Shown here: positions 1-12,959 of the stretch, in pieces | Layout: each line of letters starts with the position of its first letter | Numbering within the stretch: position 1 is the stretch's first letter | Source of the DNA: Mycobacteriales bacterium | Lineage (GTDB): Bacteria; Actinomycetota; Actinomycetes; JAFAQI01 | Direction: 5' to 3' | DNA length: 64,000 nt | NCBI GenBank assembly: GCA_035550315.1 | Contig: DASZPL010000135.1 | Span: forward strand, 27,379 to 91,378 | Notes under the pieces: model-generated | What the model saw: the letters and a program-made list of their open reading frames with translations, nothing else | Databases searched by the model: none | Told to the model about the DNA's origin: nothing | Program-made: the position numbers and the translations under genes

Positions 1-825
1 GTGGTGCAGGTTGTGCCACGACTCGCCCATCGACGGGATCGCCAGCCACCACACGTTCGTGGCGCGGTCGCGGCTGGCGAACGGCTTCGACCCGAACACG
101 TGGCAGATCGAGTTGGTCGACCAGGTGACGTGATGCAGCAACGCGACCCGCACCAGGCTGCCCCAGAAGAACGCGGTCACCGCGCCCTGCCAGGTGAAGC
201 CGGACCAGGCGTAGCCGACGAGCGGCGGGAGCAGCAGGCTGATCGTCGCCAGCGACGGGAAGGCGCGCGAAATCCGGGAGATCGCCTTGTCGGCGAGCAG
301 GTCGGGGGCGAACCGCCGCTGGTTGGTCTGCTCGATGTCGAACATCCAGCCGATGTGGGCGTGCCACAGGCCCTTGACCAGGGCGCGCGCGTTCTCGCCG
401 TAGCGCCAGGGTGAGTGCGGGTCGCCCTCGGCGTCGCTGTAGGCGTGGTGACGGCGGTGGTCGGCGACCCAGCGGATCACCGGGCCCTCGATCGCGAGGC
501 TGCCGGCGACGGCGAGCGCCACCCGCAGCGCCTGCTTCGCCTTGAACGCCCGATGCGTGAAGTAGCGGTGGAAGCCGACCGTTACGCCGTGGCCCGAGAT
601 CGCGTACATCACGACCGCGATCACGATGTCGCGCCAGCTCAATCCCCATCCCCAGGCGACCGGCACCGCGGCGATCACGGCGAGCAGCGGCACGACGATG
701 AAGACGCCGAGCAGCACCTGTTCGGCGCGAGCGCCGCCAAGGCTTTTGATCCGCTCCGCCTCCGGTTCCCGCGTCCCCCGCTTGGGCATGGCGGCTGCGG
801 TCGACCGGGGCAACGTCTGCGTCAT
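1..825 (-). CDS. integral-membrane fatty-acid (acyl-CoA type) desaturase; 3' end runs off the window
   Basis: Absent from the ORF track because it is open at position 1. The reverse-strand translation reads MTQTLPRSTAAAMPKRG...HRYFTH...HRRHH...GESWHNLHH, which are the three His boxes of membrane desaturases. AGAGGA SD lies ~7 nt upstream of ATG 825; ATG 789 is an in-frame alternative. Confidence 0.8.
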   Translation of the reverse strand, partial: MTQTLPRSTAAAMPKRGTREPEAERIKSLGGARAEQVLLGVFIVVPLLAVIAAVPVAWGWGLSWRDIVIAVVMYAISGHGVTVGFHRYFTHRAFKAKQALRVALAVAGSLAIEGPVIRWVADHRRHHAYSDAEGDPHSPWRYGENARALVKGLWHAHIGWMFDIEQTNQRRFAPDLLADKAISRISRAFPSLATISLLLPPLVGYAWSGFTWQGAVTAFFWGSLVRVALLHHVTWSTNSICHVFGSKPFASRDRATNVWWLAIPSMGESWHNLHH

Positions 826-885
826 CGGGAGTCCTCTCACTCACCACGAGTCTTGCACGCGGTTTACCCACCGCCGAGCGCGAGG

Positions 886-956
886 CACAACCGTTGATCG
901 TTGTGCGATGACCGTGCCGATTTGGCCGAAAGCGGCACGTTAACTGCACAACGATC
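886..956. promoter_or_regulatory. nested inverted repeats between the desaturase start and tRNA-Gln (candidate operator or structured leader)
   Basis: GATCGTTGTGC (896-906) is the perfect reverse complement of GCACAACGATC (946-956). An inner hairpin pairs GTGCCG (914-919) with CGGCAC (933-938). An extra CACAAC (886-891) can pair with GTTGTG (900-905). Confidence 0.4.
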
Positions 957-978
957 ATCTAGCCTCAGTGACGATCTT

Positions 979-1051
979 TCCCGGATCGTCCAACCAGGCA
1001 GGACACGCGGTTTTGGTCCGTGGAATCGGGGTTCGAATCCCTGTCCGGGAG
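979..1051 (+). tRNA. tRNA-Gln (anticodon TTG)
   Basis: Hand-folded 73-nt cloverleaf. Acceptor stem TCCCGGA/TCCGGGA, D stem GTCC/GGAC, anticodon stem CGCGG/CCGTG with loop TTTTGGT, and T arm CGGGG-TTCGAAT-CCCTG. CCA is not encoded. Confidence 0.85.
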
Positions 1052-1118
1052 CCGGCGGAGCGGCGGCGCATTAGGCTCGGCGCTGCTTTCGCCGTACGAC
1101 GAAAATCCCGGAGCGGTC

Positions 1119-2648
1119 GTGGCTGACAACGTCGACAACGCACCGCTCGCGGCTGTCGTCGTGCTCGCCGCGGGTGAAGGCAAGCGGATGCGGTCCGAGC
1201 TGCCGAAGGTGCTGCACGCGATGTGCGGCCGCAGCCTGCTCGGCCACGTGCTCACCGCGACCGAACCGCTCGCGGCCGACCAGACCCTGGTCGTCGTCGG
1301 CCACGGGCGTCACGCCGTCTGCGACCAGCTCGCCGCCGACTGGCCGAGCGTCAAGCCGGTCGAGCAGCCGTCGCAGCGTGGCACCGGTGACGCCGTGCGG
1401 CTGGCGCTCGAGGCAATCCCCGACGTGGCCGACGGGACCGTGCTTGTCGTGCCGGGCGATGCGCCCTTGCTGACGACCCCGACGCTGCGCCGGCTGCTCG
1501 ACCGTCACGTCGAGACCCGTGCGGCCGCGACGTTGCTGACCGCGGAGTTGAGCGATCCCGCGGGGTACGGCCGGGTGGTGCGTGACGCCGACGGGCACGT
1601 CAGCACCATCGTCGAGGACCGCGACGCCGACGACCGCGTCCGGCAGATCGCCGAAGTCGGCACCAGCGTCTACGCCTTCGAGATCGCCCGGCTGCGCGAG
1701 TGCCTCGCCAAGGTCGGTGCCGACAACGCGCAGGGCGAGCAGTACCTCACCGACGTCATCGGCCTGTTGGTCGCGGCCAAGGACGTGGTCGCGAACGTCA
1801 GCGTCGACGACGAGCAGGAGGTGCTGGGCGTCAACGACCGGGTGCAGCTCGCCGCCGCGCGCCGTGCGATGCGCGACCGCATCGTCGAGCACTGGATGTT
1901 GTCGGGTGTCACCGTCATCGACCCGGCGACGACCTGGATCGGCGTCCGAGTCCGGCTGGAACCCGACTGCGTGATTCACCAGAACACCCAGCTGCACGGC
2001 GCCACCACGGTCGCAAAGTTCGCCGAGGTCGGACCGGACACGACATTGCGCGCGACGACGGTGGGCGAGGGCGCGAGCGTTGTGAAGTCGCACTGCAGCC
2101 GCGCCCAGATCGGCGCCGGCGCGACCGTCGGCCCGTACAGCTACCTGCGACCGGGCACGGTCCTCGGCCAGAACGCCAAGGCCGGCGCGTACGTCGAGCT
2201 GAAGAACGCATCGGTCGGAGACGACAGCAAGGTCCCGCACCTGTCGTACGTCGGCGACGCCGACATCGGCGAGCGCTCGAACATCGGCGCCGCCACCGTG
2301 TTCGTCAACTACGACGGGACGAACAAGCACCGCGCCAAGGTGGGTGACGACGTCCGCATCGGTTCCGACACGATGCTGGTCGCGCCGGTGTCGGTCGGCG
2401 ACGGCGCCTACACCGCGGCCGGCTCGGTCATCACCGAAGACGTGCCGCCAGGTGCCATGGCGGTTGCGCGCAGCCGCCAGCGCAACGTCGACGGCTGGGT
2501 CGAACGCAAGCGTCCGGGCAGCCCGTCGGCTGCCGCCGCGCGCCGCGCCCGCGAGCAAGCGCCGGACGGGGACACAATGGAAGCCGGCGACGGCAGCCCT
2601 TCCCCGGCCGACGGCAGCCACGAAGGCGAGCAGGGAGCAGCGCAGTGA
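1119..2648 (+). CDS. glmU: bifunctional UDP-N-acetylglucosamine pyrophosphorylase / glucosamine-1-phosphate N-acetyltransferase
   Basis: N-terminal LAAGEGKRM nucleotidyltransferase motif and C-terminal left-handed beta-helix hexapeptide repeats. GTG 1119 is preceded by GGAG. The track ORF start at 1020 overlaps the tRNA. Sits in the classic glmU-prs order. Confidence 0.9.
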   Translation: MADNVDNAPLAAVVVLAAGEGKRMRSELPKVLHAMCGRSLLGHVLTATEPLAADQTLVVVGHGRHAVCDQLAADWPSVKPVEQPSQRGTGDAVRLALEAIPDVADGTVLVVPGDAPLLTTPTLRRLLDRHVETRAAATLLTAELSDPAGYGRVVRDADGHVSTIVEDRDADDRVRQIAEVGTSVYAFEIARLRECLAKVGADNAQGEQYLTDVIGLLVAAKDVVANVSVDDEQEVLGVNDRVQLAAARRAMRDRIVEHWMLSGVTVIDPATTWIGVRVRLEPDCVIHQNTQLHGATTVAKFAEVGPDTTLRATTVGEGASVVKSHCSRAQIGAGATVGPYSYLRPGTVLGQNAKAGAYVELKNASVGDDSKVPHLSYVGDADIGERSNIGAATVFVNYDGTNKHRAKVGDDVRIGSDTMLVAPVSVGDGAYTAAGSVITEDVPPGAMAVARSRQRNVDGWVERKRPGSPSAAAARRAREQAPDGDTMEAGDGSPSPADGSHEGEQGAAQ

Positions 2649-3625
2649 CCGGGAAGAAGACACCCAACGAGAAGAACCTCATGCTCTTCTCCGGCCGCGC
2701 GCACCCCGAGCTGGCCGACGAGGTCGCCCGAGAACTGGGGCTGAGCGTCAGCCCGGCGCAAATCCACGACTTCGCCAACGGCGAGATCTACGCCCGGTTC
2801 GAGGAGTCCGTCCGCGGCTGTGACGCGTTCGTCGTCCAGTCGATGTCGACCCCGATCAACCAGTGGGTGGTCGAGACGCTGGTCATGGTGGACGCGCTCA
2901 AGCGCGGGTCGGCGAAGCGGATCACTGCGGTGCTGCCGTTCTACCCGTACTCCCGGCAGGACAAGAAGAGCCGCGGCCGCGAGCCCATCTCCGCGCGGCT
3001 GATCGCCGACCTCTACAAGACCGCCGGCGCCGACCGGATCCTCACCGTCGACCTGCACACCAGCCAGATCCAGGGGTTCTTCGACGGGCCGGTTGACCAC
3101 CTGTTCGCGCTGCCGCTGCTCGCCGACTACATCGCCGACCGCTACGACCCGACCCAGCTTGCCGTCGTCGCACCCGACTCCGGCCGGGTGCGCGTCGCCG
3201 AGCGCTGGACCGAGCGGCTCGGCGGCGTCCCGCTCGCTTTCATTCACAAGACCCGCGACATCAACGTGCCGAACTCCGTCGTCGCCAACCGGGTGGTCGG
3301 CGAGGTCGAGGGGCGGGCCTGCATCGTCGTCGACGACATGATCGACACCGCCGGCACGATCACCAAGGCCGCGGATGCGCTGCTTGATGCCGGCGCCGCC
3401 GACGTCGTCGTCGCCGCCACCCACGGCGTACTGTCCGGGCCGGCCATCGACCGGCTGAAGAACAGCCGGATCTCCGAGATTGTGATCACGAACACGCTGC
3501 CGATCAGCTCCGAGCAGCAGTTCGACAAGCTGACCGTGCTCTCGATCGCGCCGCTGATCGCGAACGCCATCGACCAGGTCTTCGCGGACGGCTCCGTGAC
3601 CAGCCTGTTCGATGGCAACGCCTAA
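2645..3625 (+). CDS. prs: ribose-phosphate pyrophosphokinase
   Basis: 326 aa with a typical PRPP synthetase sequence ([10 protein letters not shown]..., PRPP-binding loop [11 protein letters not shown]). GTGA overlap with the glmU stop. Confidence 0.92.
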   Translation: MTGKKTPNEKNLMLFSGRAHPELADEVARELGLSVSPAQIHDFANGEIYARFEESVRGCDAFVVQSMSTPINQWVVETLVMVDALKRGSAKRITAVLPFYPYSRQDKKSRGREPISARLIADLYKTAGADRILTVDLHTSQIQGFFDGPVDHLFALPLLADYIADRYDPTQLAVVAPDSGRVRVAERWTERLGGVPLAFIHKTRDINVPNSVVANRVVGEVEGRACIVVDDMIDTAGTITKAADALLDAGAADVVVAATHGVLSGPAIDRLKNSRISEIVITNTLPISSEQQFDKLTVLSIAPLIANAIDQVFADGSVTSLFDGNA

Positions 3626-3696
3626 CTGGACGCCGGCTTCTTCCTGTCGCCTACACTGATCGGCGCCTTCCGATCGTGTTCTGAGGAGTTTTAGCC

Positions 3697-4380
3697 GTGC
3701 CTGTCAGCATTTCTGCCGAACCTCGCACCGAGTTCGGCAAAGGTGGAGCGCGGCGGACCCGGCGGGCGGGCAAGTTGCCGGCCGTGCTGTACGGGCACGG
3801 CACCGACCCGCGGCACATCGCGCTGTCGACCCGTGACTTCGAGCACGCGCTGCGCACGGATGGCGCCAACGTGCTGCTCGAGGTGCACCTCGACGGCGAG
3901 AGCGAGCTGGCGCTGCCGAAGGCGATCCAACGCGACCCGGTGCGCGGCGCGATCGAGCACGTCGATTTGATCCTGGTCCGTCGCGGCGAGCGGATCAACG
4001 TCGACGTACCGATCACCGTGATCGGCGACCTGGTCGCCGGCGGCATGCTCGACCAGCAGCAGACCCGGATCGCGGTCAGCGCCGAGGCGACGAACATCCC
4101 CAGCGGCTTCGAGGTCTCGATCGACGGGCTCGAGATCGGCGGCTCGATCCACGCCGGCCAGGTCCAGTTGCCCGCCGGCGTCGAGCTGACCGGCGACCCC
4201 GAGCAGGTTGTCGTCCACATCCTGGCGCAGCCGACGGCCGAGGAGATCGAGGCCGAGCTCGGCGAGGGCGCGGCGGCAGAGGCCGGAGCCGAGGGCGCGG
4301 AGGCAGAGGCGGCTGCCGAAGGCGGCGCGCCGGCCGAGGGTGGCGAAGCCGCCGCCGAGTCAGGCTCGGACGAGGGCTGA
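3697..4380 (+). CDS. rplY: 50S ribosomal protein L25 / general stress protein Ctc
   Basis: N-terminus ...RTEFGKGGARRTRRAGKLPAVLYGHG is typical of the L25/Ctc family. Has a C-terminal Ala/Glu-rich tail and lies upstream of pth. Confidence 0.88.
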   Translation: MPVSISAEPRTEFGKGGARRTRRAGKLPAVLYGHGTDPRHIALSTRDFEHALRTDGANVLLEVHLDGESELALPKAIQRDPVRGAIEHVDLILVRRGERINVDVPITVIGDLVAGGMLDQQQTRIAVSAEATNIPSGFEVSIDGLEIGGSIHAGQVQLPAGVELTGDPEQVVVHILAQPTAEEIEAELGEGAAAEAGAEGAEAEAAAEGGAPAEGGEAAAESGSDEG

Positions 4381-4415
4381 CCGTCCTCGATCGGCTGCTG
4401 CATCGCAGCCCGGCG

Positions 4416-4988
4416 GTGAGCGACGAGGCGCCGTGGCTGGTCGTCGGCCTCGGCAATCCGGGACCGCAGTACGCCGGCAACCGGCACAACGTGGGCTTCA
4501 TGGTGGTCGACGTGCTCGCCGGTCGCGTCGGTGGCGGTTTCAAGGCGCACAAGTCGCGCTGTGAGGTGCTGGAGACCAGGCTGGCCGGGCAGCGCGCCGT
4601 GCTCGCGAAGCCCCGGTCGTTCATGAACGAGTCCGGCGGCCCGGTTGCGTCACTGGCCAAGTTCTTCAAAGCGCCGACCGACCGGCTGGTCGTCGTGCAC
4701 GACGAGCTCGACCTCGAGCCGGGCACCGTTCGCCTCAAGCTGGGGGGCGGCGACAACGGCCACAACGGACTGAAATCGCTGCGCCGCTCGCTCGGCAGCG
4801 GCGAGTTCTACCGGGTGCGCCTCGGCATCGGCCGGCCGCCCGGCCGGCAGGATCCGGCCGACTTCGTGCTGCGTGACTTCGCGCCGGCGCAGCGCGCCGA
4901 CGTCGGGGTGCAGGTCGAGACCGCCGCCGACGCCGCGGAGGCGTTGCTCCGCGACGGCCTCGCCGCGGCGCAGAACAACTTTCACTAG
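4416..4988 (+). CDS. pth: peptidyl-tRNA hydrolase
   Basis: WLVVGLGNPGPQYAGNRHNVGFM matches the Pth N-terminal signature. Confidence 0.92.
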   Translation: MSDEAPWLVVGLGNPGPQYAGNRHNVGFMVVDVLAGRVGGGFKAHKSRCEVLETRLAGQRAVLAKPRSFMNESGGPVASLAKFFKAPTDRLVVVHDELDLEPGTVRLKLGGGDNGHNGLKSLRRSLGSGEFYRVRLGIGRPPGRQDPADFVLRDFAPAQRADVGVQVETAADAAEALLRDGLAAAQNNFH

Positions 4989-5024
4989 CGAGCGGCGATC
5001 GCCGGCGCGGGCTACTGTGCCGCC

Positions 5025-5345
5025 ATGATCGTGGTGACGACGAACGAGGTCCCGGGCTACCGCATCGACGAGGTCATCGGCGAGGTGTTCGGCCTGACCG
5101 TGCGCTCGCGCAATGCGTTTTCACAGCTCGGCGCCGGGCTGAAATCGGTGTTCGGCGGCGAGCTCAAAGGCATGACCAAGGCGCTGTACGACAGCCGCAA
5201 CGAGGTCATGAACCGGATGATCGCCGACGCCGAGGAACGCGGCGCGAACGCCATCCTCGCGATGCGCTTCGACACCTCGGAGATGGGTGAGACCTGGACC
5301 GAGATCTGCGCCTACGGCACCGCGGTAAAGGTCTCGAAAATCTAG
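5025..5345 (+). CDS. YbjQ/UPF0145 family protein
   Basis: 106 aa. The pattern MIVVTTNEVPGYRIDEVIGEVFGL...ICAYGTAVKV is typical of the YbjQ family. Confidence 0.75.
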   Translation: MIVVTTNEVPGYRIDEVIGEVFGLTVRSRNAFSQLGAGLKSVFGGELKGMTKALYDSRNEVMNRMIADAEERGANAILAMRFDTSEMGETWTEICAYGTAVKVSKI

Positions 5346-5376
5346 TCACCGGCTGGCGGTAGCGTGAGTTACCGCC

Positions 5377-8300
5377 ATGACTGCTCCTCTCGCCGGACTG
5401 CTCGCTGCGGTTTCTGATGATCCCGCCATCAGGCGCGCGACCGAACTGGCCACCACCGGCACGCTGACATCCGTCGAGATCTCGGCGCCTTCCGCGCTGC
5501 GTCCGGCGGCGATCGCCAGCATCGCGGCGAGCGGCACCCCGGTGCTGGCGATCACCGCGAGCGAGCGCGAGAGCGAGCAGCTGGCCGAGTCGCTGCAGTC
5601 GCTGCTGCCGCCCGAGCTGGTCGCCGACTTCCCGGCGTGGGAGACGCTGCCCCACGAGCGGTTGTCACCGCGTGCCGACACCGTCGGCCGGCGGCTGGCC
5701 GTGCTCCGCCGGCTGCGGCACCCGGCCACCGACGACCCGGCCGCCGGCCCGGTGCGGGTGGTCGTCGCGCCGGTGCGGAGCGTGCTGCAGCCGCAGGTCG
5801 CGGGGCTCGGCGATCTGGAGCCGGTGCAGCTGCGCGAAGGCGACCAAGCGGACTTCGACGACGTGGTCCGGCGGCTCGCGGAGATCGCCTATACCCGCGT
5901 CGAGCTGGTCGAGGCGCGCGGTCAGTTCGCTGTGCGCGGCGGGATCCTCGACGTCTTCCCGCCGACGGAGAGCCATCCGGTGCGCGTCGAGTTCTGGGGT
6001 GACACCGTCGAGGAGGTCCGGTTCTTCGCCGCCGCCGACCAGCGGTCGCTGGAGCCGGCCGCGCGCGGGTTGTGGGCGCCGCCCTGCCGCGAGCTGCTGC
6101 TGACCGACGACGTACGCCGCCGGGCGGCCGACCTCGCGGACCGTCACCCGGACCTGGTGGACCTGCTCGACAAGCTGGCGGCCGGGATCCCGGTCGACGG
6201 CATGGAGGCGCTGGCGCCGGTGCTCGTCGACCGGCTGGTGCTGCTGCTCGACGAGCTGCCCGCCGGCGCGCACATCGTGGTCTGCGACCCCGAGCGGGTG
6301 CGCACCCGCGCGATCGAGCTGGTCCGCACCAGCGAAGAGTTCCTCGGCGCCTCGTGGGCCGCCGCCGCGTCGTCCGACAGCGAGGAGGCTCCGATCGACC
6401 TGGGTGCGGCGGCGTACCGATCATTGGCGGACGTCCGCTCCCGCGCCACCGAGCTGGGCCAGTCGTGGTGGACGCTCACGCCGTTCGTGCCGGACCAAGA
6501 GGTCGAGCCGGACGCGCTGGTCGCGTCGTTCCGCTCCGCCGAGACCTACCGCGGCGACGTCACCCGGACGTTCGACGACATCGGCGGCTGGGTGCGCGAC
6601 GGCTGGCGGGTCGTGCTCGTCACCGAGGGCCACGGGCCGGCACAACGGCTCACCGAGGTGCTGGCCGGCGAGGACATCCCGGCGCGGCTGATCCCCACCC
6701 TCGAGCAGCCGCCGGCGGCGACCGCCGTGGAGGTCACGACCGGCTGCCTGCCCGGCGGCTTCATCTCCTCTGAGCTGCGCCTCGCCGTGCTCACCGAAGC
6801 CGACATCTCCGGCCGGCGGGCCGGCGCGCGGGAGTCGCACCGGATGCCGAGCCGGCGCCGCGGCCGGGTCGACCCGCTCACCCTGGTGGCCGGCGACATC
6901 GTGGTCCACGAGCAGCACGGCGTCGGCCGGTTCGTCGAGCTGATGCAGCGCACCGTGCAGGGGGCCACCCGCGAGTACCTCGTCATCGAGTACGCGCCCA
7001 GCAAGCGCGGGCAGCCCGGCGACCGGCTCTACGTCCCGACCGACGCGCTCGACCAGGTCACCAAGTACGTCGGTGGCGAGGCGCCCAGCCTCGACAAGAT
7101 GGGCGGCGCCGACTGGGCCCGCCGCAAGGGCCGGGCCCGCAAGGCGGTGCGGGAGATCGCCGCCGAGCTGATCCGGCTGTACGCCGCGCGGATGGCCGCG
7201 CCTGGTCACGCGTTCGGGCCGGACACGCCGTGGCAGCGAGAGCTCGAGGACGCCTTCGCCTACGTCGAGACCCCCGACCAGCTGGCCGCGATCGACGAGG
7301 TGAAGCAGGACATGCAGGCGGCGCACCCGATGGACCGGGTGATCTGCGGCGACGTCGGCTATGGCAAGACCGAGATCGCGGTGCGCGCGGCGTTCAAGGC
7401 CGTGATGGACGGCAAGCAGGTCGCCGTACTGGTGCCGACGACGCTGCTCGCCCAGCAGCACTTCACCACCTTCAGCGAGCGGTTCGCCGCCTTCCCGGTG
7501 AGCGTGCGGGCGCTGTCCCGGTTCCAGACCGACAAGGAGCGCAACGACATCCTGGAAGGCCTTGCCGACGGCAAGGTCGATGTCGTGATCGGCACCCACC
7601 GGCTGCTGCAGCCGAGCACCCGGTTCCACGACCTCGGGCTCGTCGTCGTCGACGAGGAGCAGCGGTTCGGCGTAGAGCACAAGGAGTTCCTGAAGCGGCT
7701 GCGCACGTCGGTCGACGTGCTGACGATGTCGGCGACGCCGATCCCGCGGACCCTTGAGATGGCGATCACCGGGATCCGCGAGATGAGCGTGATCCAGACC
7801 CCGCCCGAAGAGCGGCATCCGGTGCTGACCTTCGTGGGGGCCTACGACGAGCGTCAGGTGGCAGCGGCGATCCGCCGCGAGCTGCTGCGCGACGGCCAGG
7901 CGTTCTACATCCACAACCGGGTCGAATCGATCGAGCGGGCCGCGACCCGGCTGCGCAGCCTGGTGCCGGAAGCCCGGGTCGCGGTTGCGCACGGGCAGAT
8001 GCCGGAGCACCAGCTCGAGCAGGTGATGGTCGCGTTCTGGGAGCAGCAGTTCGACGTGCTGGTCTGCACCACCATCGTCGAGAACGGCCTCGACATCACC
8101 AACGCCAACACCCTGGTCATCGAGCACGGCGACCGGCTCGGGCTGTCCCAGCTGCACCAGCTGCGCGGCCGGATCGGCCGGGGCCGCGAGCGCGCCTACG
8201 CCTACGTGCTTTACCAGCCGGAGCGGCCGCTGACCCAGGAGGCGCATGACCGGCTGGCCACCATCGCCCAGCACAGCGAGCTGGGCGCCGGCATGCACGT

Positions 8301-8958
8301 CGCGATGAAGGACCTCGAGATCCGCGGCGCCGGAAACCTGCTCGGTGGCGAGCAGTCCGGGCACATCGCCGCGGTCGGGTTCGACCTCTACGTGCGGCTG
8401 GTCGGCGAGGCGGTCGCCGAGTTCAAGGGCGAACCCGCCGAGACGCTGGCCGAGGTCCGCATCGAGCTGCCGGTCGACGCTCATCTGCCGCACGACTACG
8501 TGACCGCGGAGCGGCTGCGGCTCGACGCCTACCGGCGGCTGGCCGCCGCGCAGACCGAGGCCGACATCGCCGCCGTCCGGGCCGAGCTGCGCGACCGGTA
8601 CGGCCAGCCGCCACCGGCGGTCGACAACCTGCTGGCGGTGGCGGCGTTCCGGGTGTTTGCGCGCAGTCTCGGGATCACAGAGGTGGCGACCCAGGGCAAG
8701 TTCGTCCGCTTTGCCCCGCTGGACCTGCGGGAGTCGCAGGCGCTGCGGCTGCGCCGGCTCTACCCCGGGGCGGTCGTCAAACCGGCGTCGCGGATCGTGC
8801 TCGCTCCCGCGCCGACGGCCGGCGGCATCGCCGCGGCGGGAGCCGCAGCCGGCATTCGCGACCAGGCGATGCTCGACTGGTGCCGCGAACTGTTGCAGTC
8901 GGTGGTCGCCGACTTGGGCGGGCCTGCCGAGGCCGAGGCGCCGCGAGCCGCAGGCTAG
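5377..8958 (+). CDS. mfd: transcription-repair coupling factor
   Basis: 1193 aa. Contains a UvrB-homology region, a CarD-like domain (VVHEQHGVGRF), superfamily-2 helicase motifs (GDVGYGKTE, DEEQRFG) and a TRCF C-terminal domain. Confidence 0.93.
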   Translation: MTAPLAGLLAAVSDDPAIRRATELATTGTLTSVEISAPSALRPAAIASIAASGTPVLAITASERESEQLAESLQSLLPPELVADFPAWETLPHERLSPRADTVGRRLAVLRRLRHPATDDPAAGPVRVVVAPVRSVLQPQVAGLGDLEPVQLREGDQADFDDVVRRLAEIAYTRVELVEARGQFAVRGGILDVFPPTESHPVRVEFWGDTVEEVRFFAAADQRSLEPAARGLWAPPCRELLLTDDVRRRAADLADRHPDLVDLLDKLAAGIPVDGMEALAPVLVDRLVLLLDELPAGAHIVVCDPERVRTRAIELVRTSEEFLGASWAAAASSDSEEAPIDLGAAAYRSLADVRSRATELGQSWWTLTPFVPDQEVEPDALVASFRSAETYRGDVTRTFDDIGGWVRDGWRVVLVTEGHGPAQRLTEVLAGEDIPARLIPTLEQPPAATAVEVTTGCLPGGFISSELRLAVLTEADISGRRAGARESHRMPSRRRGRVDPLTLVAGDIVVHEQHGVGRFVELMQRTVQGATREYLVIEYAPSKRGQPGDRLYVPTDALDQVTKYVGGEAPSLDKMGGADWARRKGRARKAVREIAAELIRLYAARMAAPGHAFGPDTPWQRELEDAFAYVETPDQLAAIDEVKQDMQAAHPMDRVICGDVGYGKTEIAVRAAFKAVMDGKQVAVLVPTTLLAQQHFTTFSERFAAFPVSVRALSRFQTDKERNDILEGLADGKVDVVIGTHRLLQPSTRFHDLGLVVVDEEQRFGVEHKEFLKRLRTSVDVLTMSATPIPRTLEMAITGIREMSVIQTPPEERHPVLTFVGAYDERQVAAAIRRELLRDGQAFYIHNRVESIERAATRLRSLVPEARVAVAHGQMPEHQLEQVMVAFWEQQFDVLVCTTIVENGLDITNANTLVIEHGDRLGLSQLHQLRGRIGRGRERAYAYVLYQPERPLTQEAHDRLATIAQHSELGAGMHVAMKDLEIRGAGNLLGGEQSGHIAAVGFDLYVRLVGEAVAEFKGEPAETLAEVRIELPVDAHLPHDYVTAERLRLDAYRRLAAAQTEADIAAVRAELRDRYGQPPPAVDNLLAVAAFRVFARSLGITEVATQGKFVRFAPLDLRESQALRLRRLYPGAVVKPASRIVLAPAPTAGGIAAAGAAAGIRDQAMLDWCRELLQSVVADLGGPAEAEAPRAAG

Positions 8959-8968
8959 CCTTTTGCGC

Positions 8969-9939
8969 GTGCCTCGCCCCCGCAAGCTGCTCGCCGGAGC
9001 CGCGGTCGCGGTCGCAGCCGTCCCGCTGCTGGCCGCCTGCCACACCAGCCCCGGCGCGGCTGCGTTAGTCGGTGACCAGCGGATCTCTGCCGGGCATCTA
9101 CAGGACCAGGTCAACGCCGCGCTGGCCGACAAGCAGGCGCAGGCGCAGCTGGGCAGCGACCGGGCCGGATTCGCCCGGGTGCTGTTGTCGCACGACATCA
9201 GCGTGGCGCTGGTCAACGCGCTGATTCGCGACCGTCACATCACGATCTCGCCGTCGGACGTCGCCAACGTCACCAACCAGTTCGTGCAGCAGACCGGCAG
9301 CCTGGCCGCCTTCCACCAGCAGGCGGCGGCCGGCGGCATTCCGGCATCCGCGCTGCCGAGCTTCGTGCACTTCACGGCCGCCCAGCAGGCGCTCGAGCAG
9401 CGGCTGGTCGCCGGCCTGCCGGTGACCCAGCAGCAGCTGCGTAGCGAGTACCAGAAGAACATCGGCAACTTCGACCAGGTGCACGCGGCTCACATCCTGG
9501 TCAAACACAAGGCGCTGGCCCAGCACCTGCTCCGGCAGGTCAAGCAGGACCCGTCGTCGTTCGCCCGGCTGGCCAAGCGGTACTCCACCGACAAGCAGAG
9601 CGCCGCCCAGGGCGGTGACCTCGGCCAGGTCGCGCGCGGCTCGACCGTCACGGCGTTCGACCACGCGGTGTTCAACCACCCGCCGGGCAGCTACTTCATC
9701 GTGCATTCGCAGTTCGGCTGGCACGTCGTGCACGTCATCTCCCGCCACACCGTGTCGCTCACCCAGGCCACCCCGCAGTTGAAGCAGTCGCTCTTCGCCT
9801 CGCGCGCCGCCGACCTGCTGACCTCGGCGGAGCAGGCAGAGGCGAAGCGGATCGGCGTGCACGTGAACCCGCGGTACGGCGCGTGGCAGCCGACCAAGCT
9901 CACCGTCGTCGCAGCCCGCAACCCGGTGAGCTCGCCCGG

Positions 9940-9943
<4 letters not shown>
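8969..9943 (+). CDS. parvulin-type peptidyl-prolyl isomerase lipoprotein (SurA/PrsA-like)
   Basis: Signal peptide with lipobox LLAAC. C-terminal PPIC/rotamase motif AAHILVKHK...GGDLG...GWHVVHV. Start chosen after the mfd stop (GTG 8969; TTG 8963 is an alternative). Confidence 0.75.
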
Positions 9944-12464
<2,521 letters not shown>

Positions 12465-12468
<4 letters not shown>

Positions 12469-12959
12469 CGGCGCAGCCGCCGGTTGCCGCGGCCGACCTC
12501 GCCGCCGTCGCGGCACAGCTCGGCCGGACGCCGCGGGCAACCCGGCGAGTCGCGCACCGGTGCCCGTGCGGGCTGCCTGACGTGGTCGAGACGTCACCGC
12601 GATTGGCTGACGGCACGCCGTTCCCGACGCTGTTCTACCTGACCTGTCCCCGCGCCCGCTCCGCGGTCGGGCGGCTGGAGGCCGCCGGATTGATGCGGGA
12701 GATGACGCAGCGTCTGGCCGACGATCCCGAGTTGGCCGCTCGCTACCGCGCGGCGCACGAGGACTACCTGCGCCGGCGGGACGCGATCGATCCGCTCGGC
12801 ACGCAGGTCACGGCCGGCGGCATGCCGCAGCGGGTCAAGTGCTTGCACGTGCTGGTCGCGCATTCGCTGGCGGTTGGGCCTGGAGTCAATCCACTCGGCG
12901 ACGAGGCGCTCGACCGGCTGCCGGCGTGGGGGGCGGAAGGCCGGTGCGTGACGCCGTGA
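12465..12959 (+). CDS. DUF501 domain protein
   Basis: 164 aa with ...HRCPCGLPDVVETSPRL.DGTPFPTLFYLTCP, typical of DUF501. Conserved position between ftsB and ppx. Confidence 0.7.

Noticed and set aside
1071-2663. 530-aa ORF antisense to glmU (plus several shorter ORFs in other frames)
   Set aside because: Same high-GC antisense artefact. glmU on the plus strand has clear catalytic motifs and conserved operon context.
4208-4380. Ala/Glu/Gly-rich repetitive stretch
   Set aside because: It is the low-complexity C-terminal tail of ribosomal protein L25/Ctc, which is common in actinobacteria, not an independent repeat element.
6421-9216. 931-aa ORF antisense to mfd
   Set aside because: It lies fully inside and opposite a gene with unmistakable Mfd motifs. 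The product is Arg/Gly/Pro/Ala-rich low-information sequence, as expected for the antisense frame of high-GC coding DNA, and has no SD or start context.
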